64,000 nucleotides of DNA from a virus (IMGVR_UViG_3300029548_000183); one strand, 5' to 3'. Positions 18,985 to 29,416 are shown, counted from the stretch's first letter. Notes: a model not told the origin generated them from the sequence alone. Program-made: numbers and translations.

Positions 18985-20241
18985 TTAAGGAAGACTTTCT
19001 ATCAGCACCTCTTCTTCTATCACTTCTGCTTTTGGATCAATTATTGATTCCTCTATGTACGCATTTTGGGATTCCACTGTTCCCATACCTGCCCAATTTT
19101 GTCTAATGCATTCTATCAACCAACCTGTTACATTTCTAACATTATTTGCATTATTTAACAATTGACCTGCTTCATCTATTATATGTAAATCGTATCCTGC
19201 ACATTCTGCAACAGCTCTTGCATCAGAAACTTTCAAATCATAAGTATCAGATACATATTCAATTATGGCATTGATTCTTTCCATGTCCTTCTCATCATAC
19301 TTGAACATCTTCTGAGCTCGTTCTCTTATTTCTAACATGTTCTGATGATTTCTTGTATTTCTAAATATGGTGAATACATATTTTTTAGGTCTTCCGTATC
19401 CTCCAACTTCTTCATACTCAAAATCTATGTCCGTTAATTCTCTTATCTCTTTTTGTGCAACATCTATTACTTTTTCTCGTAGGGCATAAGTTTGCTTATA
19501 CTTATTTTTGTCCTTTCCTTTTAATTTAGACATTATTTTTTCATAGTCCTTACATCCCTGACTCATTAATATTTTTGCCTCATTGTTTTGAGAGTCATTT
19601 AAATCATAAATACCTAATTTGAATCTTAATTCACATTCATCAATTTCAACTACAACACTATTTTTAAAAGCTAATTTTCTCAATAAAAAAGATTCTTTTC
19701 TAAACATCTCATACATTTTCATTGAATATTTTGACCTCATGGGAATGGTATTTGTGGAACTAAATACAGTAAACCCAATACCCTTTCGCTGAAGATTAGT
19801 AAGAAAAGGCGTAACACTAGGAGCAAATTTTATTTCAACACCTCGTCTTTCTATGTAATGGGCTTTTTCTATCAATACATAAAACCCTAGATTCATTCCC
19901 TCTTCATTTATCCCCTCAAAATAAAAGGTATTATTGTTTGATAAATCAAATACGGCTCTCTTAACCTGACTGTAAATGGAATTTCCCTTCACTCCCAATG
20001 CTTGTTTTAATTCCCTGATTGGAATAAAGACACCAAGCCCTTTATCTGGTGGAACTTCTTCAAATGGATTTATTTTTGCCAATGCTACATTCAATAATTT
20101 CATGCCATTTAAAGTTAAATTATAACTACTTGTAATTAACGGATTGGATTTTACTATCGTGAATGGAGATGGTAATTCATTTTGACCAACCAACTCCATT
20201 GTTACTGTATCATTTTCCACTACTGGTACATCATTTGGCAT
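18985..20241 (-). CDS. plasmid replication initiator, Rep_3 (RepB-like) family
   Basis: N-terminal IVKSNPLITSSYNLTLNGMKLLNVALAKINP matches the Rep_3 signature (vvKsNdLieasY.LtlnEqrlil); iteron array lies upstream. Confidence 0.8.
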   Translation of the reverse strand: MPNDVPVVENDTVTMELVGQNELPSPFTIVKSNPLITSSYNLTLNGMKLLNVALAKINPFEEVPPDKGLGVFIPIRELKQALGVKGNSIYSQVKRAVFDLSNNNTFYFEGINEEGMNLGFYVLIEKAHYIERRGVEIKFAPSVTPFLTNLQRKGIGFTVFSSTNTIPMRSKYSMKMYEMFRKESFLLRKLAFKNSVVVEIDECELRFKLGIYDLNDSQNNEAKILMSQGCKDYEKIMSKLKGKDKNKYKQTYALREKVIDVAQKEIRELTDIDFEYEEVGGYGRPKKYVFTIFRNTRNHQNMLEIRERAQKMFKYDEKDMERINAIIEYVSDTYDLKVSDARAVAECAGYDLHIIDEAGQLLNNANNVRNVTGWLIECIRQNWAGMGTVESQNAYIEESIIDPKAEVIEEEVLIESLP

Positions 20242-20439
20242 ATTATTTCACTCCCTGATATTTTTTTCGTTCACGTTCAATAAACTTAAATTACAACTTT
20301 TGAGGTTAATTGTCAAGCACAATAACCTTAAATTTTTTCTTAAAATGTGCTGCCTTAAATTCATAAATGTTTTCTTAATTGCCTACATTCCCTTTGTTTA
20401 TGGGTTATTTGCTTATATTTTTTTTAAATTTTTCTTTTC

Positions 20440-21140
20440 AACTCTTGAAAATGAAATTCAACTTTTAGGGTTAATTGTGTTTTTCCATTTTACCCTTTGT
20501 AAAAAAATCTTGGTATTTACTCCAAGACTAAAAATCCATCAAAAAGTTTTGACTTTCTATCAAAAAGTTTTAACTTTTTTCCCACAGTTCCCATTTTTCC
20601 TGACTTTTTTTTGACTGTAATATGTTTAACATACTATTTTGTAAATTCATTAGGGGATAGTATATAAGCTTTGAATAATATATTATATTTATATTTTATA
20701 TTTAAGTTTTAGCTATCTTATATCTTTTGGGGAAAGTTTGCAACCCTATTTTTTTGAAAAATCTGGAGTGTCTGCACTTTTCCAGTATTACTTTTTTGAA
20801 CTTTTATTTAATTTCAACTTTTTTAAGTGTTTTTTTGTTTAACTACAAAAAGTTTTGTTTTTTAATTCCATTTTTTTATTTTTCTTTCGGTGATGATTTT
20901 ATTCTTAAAAATAAACTTTTTGCACTATTTATTTTTTTTACTTTAATATAGAAGAAACTCATTACAGATTTGTTTATTTTTGTATTTTGTTTCTTCTTTT
21001 TTTGAAATTCAACTTTTGTGGTTATTTTGCCTTGAGCTCTTCTGCTTTATTTTGTAATTATACAAAAAGTTTTATTTACACTTGTATTATGTTTTGCCTT
21101 TTTAAAATTCAACTTTTTGCAGTGTTTTTATTTATGAAAA
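20440..21140. repeat. dispersed inverted copies of the iteron core (AAATTCAACTTTT..GGTTA)
   Basis: At least 4 copies of the reverse complement of AACCAAAAAAGTTGAATTT, between rep and the direct-repeat array. Confidence 0.45.
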
Positions 21141-21282
21141 TAATCTTCAAAAAATTTTTTTATATATTTGTAAAAAAAATCACTTACATGGATTTGTGTA
21201 CAAGTTAGAAAACAGATCATCATTTTATTGGCAAAAAAATAATTTCTTAGAGAAATAAATTCATCTTTTAAGGTAAATAATT

Positions 21283-22285
21283 AACCAAAAAAGTTGAATT
21301 TCAGGGAAATCTATGTTGCACTTCTGCTTTTTCTTCATAATAAATAAAATTTTGAAAAAAACAAAATAAAACTTTTGTAGTTATTAATTAACCAAAAAAG
21401 TTGAATTTCAGGAAAAACTATATTGGTCTACTTCTTTTGCTTCATAATAAAAAGGATTTTTTAATGACAAATAAAACTTTTAAGGTTATTATTAACCAGA
21501 AAAGTTGAATTTCAGGAAAAATTATATTAGCTTTCTACTTCTGATACATTATAAACAGGATGTTGGGTAAGAACAAAATAAAACTTATGGGGTTAACATT
21601 TAACCAAAAAAGTTGAATTTCAGGAAAAACTATGATGCTTTTTTGCTTTTGCTACATAATAAAAGGGATTGCTTTAAGTAAAATAAAACTTTTAAGGTTA
21701 TTATTAACCAAAAAAGTTGAATTTCAGAAAAAACTATGTTGTTCTACTGCTTTTGCTACATAATAAAAGGGATTGCTTTAAGTAAAATAAAACTTTTAAG
21801 GTTATTATTAACCAGAAAAGTTGAATTTGATAAAAAAAACAAGTTGCTCTCCTGCTTTTACTACACAATAAAAGGGCTTTTTGGGAAAAAAACAAAATAA
21901 AACTTTTGTAGTTATTAATTAACCAAAAAAGTTGAATTTTGGAAAAAACTATGTTGTTTTTCTGCCTTTACTTCATAATGAAAGGAATTTTTTAATAAAA
22001 ATAAAACTTTTATAGTTATTAATTAACCAAAAAAGTTGAATTTTAGAAAAAAACTATGTTGTTCTACTGCTTTTACTACATAATAAAAGGGCTTATTTTA
22101 ATGGAAATAAAACTTTTAAGGTTATTATTAACCAGAAAAGTTGAATTTGATAAAAAAAACAAGTTGCTCTCCTGCTTTTGCCACACAATAAAAGAAATTA
22201 TTTGGAAGAACAAAATAAAACTTATGGGATTAATAATTAACCAAAAAAGTTGAATTTTGGAAAAGTATCATATACTATTGCATAT
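21283..22285. repeat. iteron array: ~10 direct repeats of ~105-110 bp, each containing the core AACCAAAAAAGTTGAATTTCAG
   Basis: Repeat starts near 21283, 21379, 21493, 21601, 21706, 21810, 21920, 22027, 22130 and 22238. Array lies upstream of the divergent Rep_3 gene. Confidence 0.7.
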
Positions 22286-22351
22286 GTTAATAATAAGAAA
22301 TTTTTTTTCATATATAAAAAAAGAAAGCATTTCTGCTTTCCTTTTCTTTTC

Positions 22352-22852
22352 TTATTTCTCTTCTTTTGATAAATTTATTTCTATTATTTTTTTTAGATCA
22401 GGATACTCATTTGAAAGAATATTTAAGTATTCTATAATTGCATCTCTAATAAATTGGGATGTGTTAATATCAGCATATAATGCTGCAGTTTTACTCAACT
22501 CATCCAATTTTCTTGTAAGATATATTTTTTTTTGAATTGTATTTTCTGTTTTTACAAAATCTTCTAACATTTTTTTTATTGAAGTATTTGTTTGATCATC
22601 TGATGATAATTCTTGTTTTTCTTCCTCTTTTTGGGGAAGTGACATTTTTTCTTCTTTTTTTATTTCTTTCTCTAAGTTTATGTTTGACTCTTCAGTAGCA
22701 TTTTCATTTTCTGTTTTATCAGATAATGAATCAGAATCATTTTCTGATATTGGTTTTATTTTTTTTTCTACAACATTATTGCTTTCTTTTTTCTTTTTTT
22801 CACTTTCAAATCCAAACAACAATTCCTCAGTGAAGGATTTTGTTTTTGCCAT
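22352..22852 (-). CDS. small acidic protein with C-terminal ribbon-helix-helix-like segment; probable ParG/omega-type centromere-binding protein
   Basis: Immediately downstream of parA in the same operon; C-terminus ..SKTAALYADINTSQFIRDAIIEYL. Confidence 0.5.
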   Translation of the reverse strand: MAKTKSFTEELLFGFESEKKKKESNNVVEKKIKPISENDSDSLSDKTENENATEESNINLEKEIKKEEKMSLPQKEEEKQELSSDDQTNTSIKKMLEDFVKTENTIQKKIYLTRKLDELSKTAALYADINTSQFIRDAIIEYLNILSNEYPDLKKIIEINLSKEEK

Positions 22853-22869
22853 AATTTTATTTCTCTCCT

Positions 22870-23637
22870 CTATTTTTCATTTATAAATTCATCAACTAAT
22901 TTGACATAGTCTTTTGCACTTGTACAATTAGGCATGTAATTTAATAACAGTTCTCTTTTGGTTTGCGCTTCCTTGACACTAATGCATCTTCTAATTGTTG
23001 TTTTAAAAAGTTTTGTTCCTATTTGTCCAGCTATTTCTTCCAAAGTTTTTTTAACTTCTCTGGAAAGAATAGTTCGTTTATCATCCATGACAAGAAGTAA
23101 TCCTGCTATATTTAAATTTGGATTAAATCTTTTTTGTGTCTTCTTTATTGAGTCATATAATTGAGCTAATCCCTGTACTCCATATTGATCTGCTGTTATT
23201 GGGATGATAATATCATCAACTGCAACAAGGCAATTAATCAATAATGTATTTAAACTTGGACCAGTATCAATAACTAAATAATCATATCCATTTAAATTGG
23301 AAATGGAATCTCTCAATTTAAAGAAACCATCAACATCTCCATTTAATATTTTGTCAGCATTTGAAAGAAGACTATCAGATGCAATAATATCTCCTGCTTC
23401 TGTATGCTGAATTGCTTCATTAATGTCAACCGGATTTTCTTCTTCAAGAATTACATCATATAAGGTAGTTATACCATCTCCTGTATTAGCTCTGTATGTA
23501 TTAGTGCTGTTGCACTGTGGATCTGCATCTATAAATAAAACCTTATATCCTTTTGTTTGCAATACATTTGCTATTGCTGTGGCTGTGGATGTTTTTCCAA
23601 CTCCACCTTTTTGATTTGCTATAAGTATAGTTCTCAT
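22870..23637 (-). CDS. parA: ParA-family partition ATPase
   Basis: Deviant Walker A motif KGGVGKT in ..IANQKGGVGKTSTATAIA..; typical ParA length. Confidence 0.9.
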   Translation of the reverse strand: MRTILIANQKGGVGKTSTATAIANVLQTKGYKVLFIDADPQCNSTNTYRANTGDGITTLYDVILEEENPVDINEAIQHTEAGDIIASDSLLSNADKILNGDVDGFFKLRDSISNLNGYDYLVIDTGPSLNTLLINCLVAVDDIIIPITADQYGVQGLAQLYDSIKKTQKRFNPNLNIAGLLLVMDDKRTILSREVKKTLEEIAGQIGTKLFKTTIRRCISVKEAQTKRELLLNYMPNCTSAKDYVKLVDEFINEK

Positions 23638-23689
23638 TTTTTTCTCCTAATTTTATAATATGTGTACTCCTTTTATATACTATACTTTT

Positions 23690-23880
23690 TTTTGATTTTT
23701 ATGTCAATGAATTTTAGTACCAAAGTACTAAGGTACCAAGGTACTATAGTACTGTTTTTTTTTAGAAAATAGACGGTACCAAAGTACCAAGGTACTGCTT
23801 TCTTGAAAAATAGACGGTACCTTGGTACTTTGGTACTACTTTTTAAAAGGAAAGACAGAACCAATGTACCTTAGTACTAG
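23690..23880. repeat. heptad-repeat operator/centromere-like site upstream of parA (GTACCAA/GTACTAA units, direct and inverted)
   Basis: GGTACCAAAGTACCAAGGTACT in both orientations. Confidence 0.5.
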
Positions 23881-24295
23881 ATTTAAAAATGTATAGTATT
23901 TAAAAAAATCGATAACTGAGGAAAAGTTCTTCTTAAATAACTACTTTCGTATGGTTTTTTATATAATATTTTTTGTATTTTAATATGGTAAGTATATTTT
24001 ATCTGATATGCTTGCATATGAAATACAAGTATATCTGACACTTGGAGATTTACAATAGTAAGAAATATTTGTTCTCCAATTTCCATAATAATTGTTCATA
24101 TTCATTAAGAAAATTATGGTGTTAAATTTTAAAAAAAAATTGTTGCTTTTTTTTAATTTAAAAAATCTTGCTCATTTATTATGTTCCAGCCTTTGTTGTA
24201 AATAATATTATGTTTTATATTTTACATTAAAAAGAAATACCCTTAAAATTGCATTCAGTTATATTATCTTGAAAATATGAAGGGGCTGCGTTTAT

Positions 24296-25190
24296 GATTG
24301 GCAAACAGTATTAAAGTACCAAGGTACTGTCTTTCAGGAATGTATAGACAGTACTAAAGTATCAAAGTACCAAGGTACTATCTTTTGGAAGCATATAGAA
24401 GGTACTAAAGTACCAAAGTACCAAGGTACCAAGGTACTGCCTTTCAGGAATGCATAGACGATACTAAAGTACCAAAGTACCAAGGTACTACATTTTGGAA
24501 GTATATAGACGGTACCAAAGTACTAAGGTACTACATTTTAGAAATACATAAACGGTACTAAGGTACCAAAGTACCAAGGTACTGCCTTTCAGGAATGCAT
24601 AGACGGTACTAAAGTACCAAAGTACCAAGGTACTACATTTTAGAAATACATAAACGGTACTAAGGTACTAAAGTACCAAGGTACTGCCTTTTAGGAATGC
24701 ATAGACAGTACTAAAGTACCAAGGTACTACATTTTGGAAGCATATAGACGGTACTAAAGTACCAAAGTACCAAGGTACTACATTTTGGAAGTATATAGAC
24801 GGTACCAAAGTACTAAGGTACTGCCTTTTAGGAATGCATAGACGGTACTAAAGTACCAAAGTACCAAGGTACTACATTTTGGAAGCATATAGACGGTACC
24901 AAAGTACTAAGGTACTACATTTTAGGAATATATAGACGGTACTAAAGTACCAAAGTACCAAGGTACTACATTTTGGAAGCATATAGACGGTACCAAAGTA
25001 CTAAGGTACTACATTTTAGGAATATATAAACGGTACTAAGGTACTAAAGTACCAAGGTACTGCCTTTTGGAAGCGTATAGACAGTACTATAGTACCAAGG
25101 TACCAAGGTACTGCCTTTCAGGAATGTATAGACAGTACTAAAGTGCCAAAGTACCAAGGTACTACATTTTAGAGACTATACAAACAATTA
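24296..25190. repeat. array of ~17 tandem ~45-58-bp units, each ..ATAGACGGTACYAAAGTACCAAGGTACT..; candidate parS centromere
   Basis: Seen directly. Built from the same GTACYAA heptads as 23690-23880; no unique spacers. Confidence 0.6.
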
Positions 25191-25309
25191 TAAAAGTATA
25201 TATTAAGTAAAAATCAAAGTATTTTAAGAATTTCTTAATGCACTTTAATATGAAAATCCATATTGAAAATTTTTTCCTAAGAATATAAAATATTTTTGAG
25301 GTATATAAA

Positions 25310-26443
25310 ATGAATTATAACAAAAGAAACCCATGTCCAATATGTGGAGCAACAGATTATTGTGCATATATTAAGTCTCAAAATGGATACTTAGTGACAT
25401 GCCATAAATTAAAACAGCTTGTTAAAAAGAATGAAGTAGTAGATGGAATAGATGGAAAAGAGTACATTTTTCTGTATGAAAAAAACGGATGCTTCATGTT
25501 TGAAGAAAAGAATCAGTATGAGGCTGCAAAAAAGGCATATTACGAAAGTTTTAACAGTAATGCAAGCAAGGTTACGATTGCCAAGGAAAAAACTCAAAAC
25601 ACGCCAAAATTGAAGAGTAAAAAGATGTATGAATATACAAAAGTTTCGCATGATGTCCTTAATGAAGTTTATGAAAAAATTTTAAACAGATGTGTATTGG
25701 ATAAAAAACACATAAGAATGTTAAAAAAAGAGAAGTGGAGTGATGAATTAATAAATAAATCAGGATATTTTTCAACACCTGATTTGTTTACAAAGAATGT
25801 GATTCTTAAAGACATCAAACAAAGTAACTTACCTTTGGCTGGAGTTCCTGGCTTTTTTACAAAAAATGGTGTATGGACCTATAACATGGTTTCAGGAATG
25901 ATTCTTCCTGTTTATGACATTGATAAAAAAATAATAAGATTACAGATAAGACCGGACTGGAATCATTGGCAAATAAATTCCTTCAGGAAAAGAGGAGAAG
26001 ATCCACCAAAATACATTAATTTTTCATCAGATGGAAAAAAGAATGGCACAAAAAGCGGATCAATGGCAGGCATTCATTACAATGAACCAAGATTTAGGAC
26101 AATTATTGTAACGGAAGGCTCAAAAGATGCTAAAATTACATTAGAATATTTAAAAAGAGCCTGTGTTTATCTTCCGGGTGTTGATACCTATAATGCTTTT
26201 CTTAACTCAGATTTATTTAATGAACTTAAAAAAAGAGGACTTGAAAATGTCATAATTGCATATGATGCTGACATTATTTACAAGCCTCAAGTAAAGAGAG
26301 CAATGGAAGGATTTTACGAAAAACTTGAAGAAGCTAATGTTAATGTATACTATGCAAAATGGACCATAAATGAAGGAAAGGGCATAGGTGACATGCTCTT
26401 AAATGGTTTCAAACCTAAAATATATAAAAGAATAAAAAAATAG
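25310..26443 (+). CDS. putative plasmid primase: N-terminal zinc finger plus Toprim domain
   Basis: CPICG..C..C zinc-binding start. Toprim motifs IIVTEGSKDA (E-G..D) and IIAYDADI (DxD). Confidence 0.65.
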   Translation: MNYNKRNPCPICGATDYCAYIKSQNGYLVTCHKLKQLVKKNEVVDGIDGKEYIFLYEKNGCFMFEEKNQYEAAKKAYYESFNSNASKVTIAKEKTQNTPKLKSKKMYEYTKVSHDVLNEVYEKILNRCVLDKKHIRMLKKEKWSDELINKSGYFSTPDLFTKNVILKDIKQSNLPLAGVPGFFTKNGVWTYNMVSGMILPVYDIDKKIIRLQIRPDWNHWQINSFRKRGEDPPKYINFSSDGKKNGTKSGSMAGIHYNEPRFRTIIVTEGSKDAKITLEYLKRACVYLPGVDTYNAFLNSDLFNELKKRGLENVIIAYDADIIYKPQVKRAMEGFYEKLEEANVNVYYAKWTINEGKGIGDMLLNGFKPKIYKRIKK

Positions 26444-26523
26444 TAAAAAACGAGAAAAGTTTTAAAAAAAAGAGTCATTTTATGGCTCTTTTTTTAAATT
26501 AAAAAGCAACCATATTATAAAAG

Positions 26524-26790
26524 AATGCAAAACACAGTTGCAAAAAATCAACATTTCTTAAATTTGGCGTAATTCAGGCTAATCATTGCGGAATCATTGA
26601 TAATTCTTATTCTGGAGATAACGATCAGTGGAAATTTCCTGCAATTGCATTAAGAAATACAAAAATCCATAAAAATGATAGGATTTGTCAGTTCAGGCTT
26701 ATGAAAAAAATGGAAGATGTGACATTGGAAGAAGTTGAACATCTTAATGAGAGAGACAGGGGTGGCTTTGGCTCAACTGGAACCAATTAG
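26524..26790 (+). pseudogene. dut: dUTPase remnant (C-terminal ~85 codons only)
   Basis: The frame encodes ..[35 protein letters not shown]. These are dUTPase motifs III-V. Motifs I/II and a start codon are absent, and the frame opens at a stop within the promoter motif. Confidence 0.6.
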
Positions 26791-26971
26791 CAAAAAACAT
26801 TATAAAAAACGATTCAAAAAGGAACATTATTCCTTTTTGAAAATAAAAATATTATAAAAATTAAAAAATAAGAGTCAAAAATGGCTTTTTTTTTTATTTC
26901 ATAAAAATTTTTTTACATATTAAAAATGTAACATAAAAAAATAATAGGAGCTAAGAAAAGGAGAAAAAAGT

Positions 26972-27565
26972 ATGGCAAAAATTAACGGAATTGAAATTAA
27001 GGCTTTAAAAAGATTTGCAGATCATGAAGGTTGCAGGATAGCACAAGGAAACTTGTACCTTGGAGGCAAGAAATTAGGTTTCTGGAGTCAGGACTATATG
27101 TGTGGACCGGATAGATTTGACTTTGACAAAATTTATGATGATGAAAAACTAAACAATAAAGTCAAGCAGTTGAATTTTGACAAAAGGATTGAAATTACCT
27201 GTCGTAATGGTTCAAAAACATTCCTTGAATATGATTTGGATCTGCTTTTATATGATTTGCTTACATTAAAGGAAGAAGAAAAATTCTTTAAAAAGCAGGC
27301 TAAAAAGATTGATCATAATCCAGTTGTCATAGTTATTAATGGACAACATAGTTGGAATGCATTATCTCTTAATGCTGAATCTTACACAAAATTATCAGAT
27401 GAACAAATCCTTAATCTTGAAAACATAAAAAAAGAAATCAAGGAAATAAAAAAGGAAGTTTCATATGGTGGTGAAACTTCAGAAGTAAAAGTAACAATTT
27501 ACAGAACACTAAAAAATTTTGACATTGGAGAACACATCAAACTGGAAGACATAAAAACAAACTAA
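26972..27565 (+). CDS. hypothetical protein
   Basis: RBS AAAAGGAGAAAAAAG. Confidence 0.5.
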   Translation: MAKINGIEIKALKRFADHEGCRIAQGNLYLGGKKLGFWSQDYMCGPDRFDFDKIYDDEKLNNKVKQLNFDKRIEITCRNGSKTFLEYDLDLLLYDLLTLKEEEKFFKKQAKKIDHNPVVIVINGQHSWNALSLNAESYTKLSDEQILNLENIKKEIKEIKKEVSYGGETSEVKVTIYRTLKNFDIGEHIKLEDIKTN

Positions 27566-27634
27566 TTGTAACTAAATTTAGTTGCAAAAGTGCGTAAGTG
27601 GAGTATAATTAAATTAGCAAAGGAGAAAAATGTA

Positions 27635-27889
27635 ATGGGACAAAAGGAAAAATTGGTGGAGAAATTAAAATCAAAACCAAAAACATTTACCTTTGATGAT
27701 ATGGTAAAACTTCTTGGATTCTTTGGAATGAAATGTTCAAATAAAGGTAAAACTAGTGGCTCGAGAGTAATGTTTTCAAGTCAAAAACATGGATGCATAA
27801 GAATGCATAAACCTCATCCGCAAAAGGAATTAAAATCATATCAGGTTAAGCAACTGTTGGAATTTTTAGAAAAGGAGAATTTGGTATGA
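27635..27889 (+). CDS. hicA: HicA-like (YcfA family) mRNA interferase toxin
   Basis: ..GKTSGSRVMF..IRMHKPHPQKELKSYQVKQLLEFL resembles the HicA fold signature; overlaps hicB by 4 nt. Confidence 0.6.
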   Translation: MGQKEKLVEKLKSKPKTFTFDDMVKLLGFFGMKCSNKGKTSGSRVMFSSQKHGCIRMHKPHPQKELKSYQVKQLLEFLEKENLV

Positions 27890-28218
27890 AAAATACAATT
27901 AAGTACAAAGGCTATATTGGAAGTGTTGAGTTTTCAGAAGAAGATGAAGCTTTTTTTGGAAAAGTTCTTGGAATTAAATCTTTAATTTCATATGAAGGCA
28001 AAAATGCAAGTGAGCTTTTAAATGATTTTCATGATGCAATTGACGAATATTTGAAAGAGTGTAATGAAAATAACATTAAACCTGAGACTGCATATAAAGG
28101 AAGCTTCAATGTAAGAATTTCTCCACAACTTCATGAAAAGATTGCAATGAAGGCTTTGTCTGAAAGAGTTTCGTTAAATAAATTTGTGGAAACAGCATTA
28201 CAAAAATCAGTATTATAA
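27886..28218 (+). CDS. hicB: HicB-family antitoxin
   Basis: N-terminal YKGYIGSVEFSEEDEAFFGKVLGI matches HicB; C-terminal RHH-like segment FNVRISPQLHEKIAMKA. Confidence 0.75.
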   Translation: MKNTIKYKGYIGSVEFSEEDEAFFGKVLGIKSLISYEGKNASELLNDFHDAIDEYLKECNENNIKPETAYKGSFNVRISPQLHEKIAMKALSERVSLNKFVETALQKSVL

Positions 28219-28290
28219 ACAAAATAAATTAAAAGAGTCACACTGGTGACTCTTTTTTTAACATTTTAAAAAAAAGCAACCATTTTATAA

Positions 28291-28668
28291 TTGCAATTGC
28301 AAGAGGAAAAGGAGAAATGTAATATTATAAAAACAATATGTATTAATGTAAAAGATACAATTAATAGTCCATCTGCATTAACAAGAGAACAAGGGAGAAT
28401 CATTCATAAAATCATAAAAGAAAAGATACTAGGCGGCTATAAAGTTGAACTTGATTTTCAAGATGTGGAAAGTTTAATAATACTATTTTTAAATGTAGCC
28501 ATTGGAAAATTATATGAACATTTTTCGAGTGAAGATTTACAAGAAAGATTAAAAGTAATAAATATCCCACAAGGAAAATCATTATATTTCAATATTGTCA
28601 TTGAAAATGCAAAAAAATGTTATTTTATCCCCAAAACTGTTATCCCCAATAATAAAGAATGCAGTTGA
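28291..28668 (+). CDS. hypothetical protein (no in-frame ATG; TTG 28291 or ATT 28324 as start)
   Basis: 125-codon frame without Met. RBS GGAGAAA 6 nt before ATT 28324. Confidence 0.35.
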   Translation: MQLQEEKEKCNIIKTICINVKDTINSPSALTREQGRIIHKIIKEKILGGYKVELDFQDVESLIILFLNVAIGKLYEHFSSEDLQERLKVINIPQGKSLYFNIVIENAKKCYFIPKTVIPNNKECS

Positions 28669-28677
28669 GGTGTAATT

Positions 28678-28706
28678 AGAGTCACAATTTAGTGGCTCTC
28701 TTTTTT
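28678..28706 (+). terminator. intrinsic terminator (AGAGTCAC family)
   Basis: AGAGTCACAATTTAGTGGCTCT followed by CTTTTTT. Confidence 0.6.
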
Positions 28707-28723
28707 ATCTATATCCAAAACAT

Positions 28724-28739
28724 AACCATATTAAATATG
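28724..28739 (+). promoter_or_regulatory. conserved promoter-proximal motif (AACCATATTAAATATG variant)
   Basis: Within the duplicated promoter/UTR module. Confidence 0.5.
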
Positions 28740-28780
28740 AAACAAAATAATAATTGGCGTTACAGGAAAGGAGAAAAAGG

Positions 28781-29416
28781 ATGAAAGAGATTCAGTACAG
28801 AGCAAAAAACATTGAAACAGAGGAATGGGAAACAGGTTATTATGTTAGATTACAAAGTAATAAAGTATATACTAAAACACATCGCATATATACAGGCTAT
28901 GCAGAAGAGGATACTGGGGAACTATTTCCAGAATATGTTGATGTAAATCCCAAAACCGTTTGCCAATTTACCGGAATGTATGACATAAATGAAAATTATA
29001 TTTATGAGCATGACATTGTGGAAACAAGGATTGGAAAAGCATACATCATTGGCGAAGTCAAAAATGAGGATGGAACATGGGTAATTGTCGATTATGGTAA
29101 GATTAATCTGTTTGATGTTAGATCAGAATACATCAAGATTCTTGGTAATACCATTGACAATAAGGAATTGCTAGACAAAACACATAATGAAAAACCAATG
29201 GTTAGTGATTTCATTTACAGTGGAAGGGTCCGAATAATGTGTCTACCCAAAAGGGAAGTGTCAGAAAAAAGCTTTTACCAAGAACTTATAGGAAAAGAAG
29301 GCAGAATTGTCACAATAAGCCAAGATCTCATAGGTGTTAAAATTGATGAGGTTCCAAATCCTGAAAGCAAATATGATTGCTTTTGGTTTGATGCTGAATG
29401 CATGGAAAAAATTTAA
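28781..29416 (+). CDS. hypothetical protein, possibly YopX-like phage protein
   Basis: N-terminal KEIQYRAKNIETEEWETGYY resembles the YopX family; weak. Confidence 0.35.
   Translation: MKEIQYRAKNIETEEWETGYYVRLQSNKVYTKTHRIYTGYAEEDTGELFPEYVDVNPKTVCQFTGMYDINENYIYEHDIVETRIGKAYIIGEVKNEDGTWVIVDYGKINLFDVRSEYIKILGNTIDNKELLDKTHNEKPMVSDFIYSGRVRIMCLPKREVSEKSFYQELIGKEGRIVTISQDLIGVKIDEVPNPESKYDCFWFDAECMEKI

Noticed and set aside
20300-22535. ORFs 20300-20614, 20727-20951, 20987-21208, 22056-22253 and 22257-22535
   Set aside because: They sit inside the iteron and inverted-repeat region. They are phenylalanine/leucine-rich translations of AT-rich repeats with no RBS. The sequence there is better explained as origin repeats
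23423-23864. ORFs 23423-23614 (+) and 23673-23864 (-)
   Set aside because: The first is antisense within parA. The second translates the heptad repeat array upstream of parA
24296-25190. Possibility that the 17-unit tandem array is a CRISPR array
   Set aside because: Units abut without unique spacers; every unit is a variant of the same sequence built of GTACYAA heptads. No cas-type repeat structure
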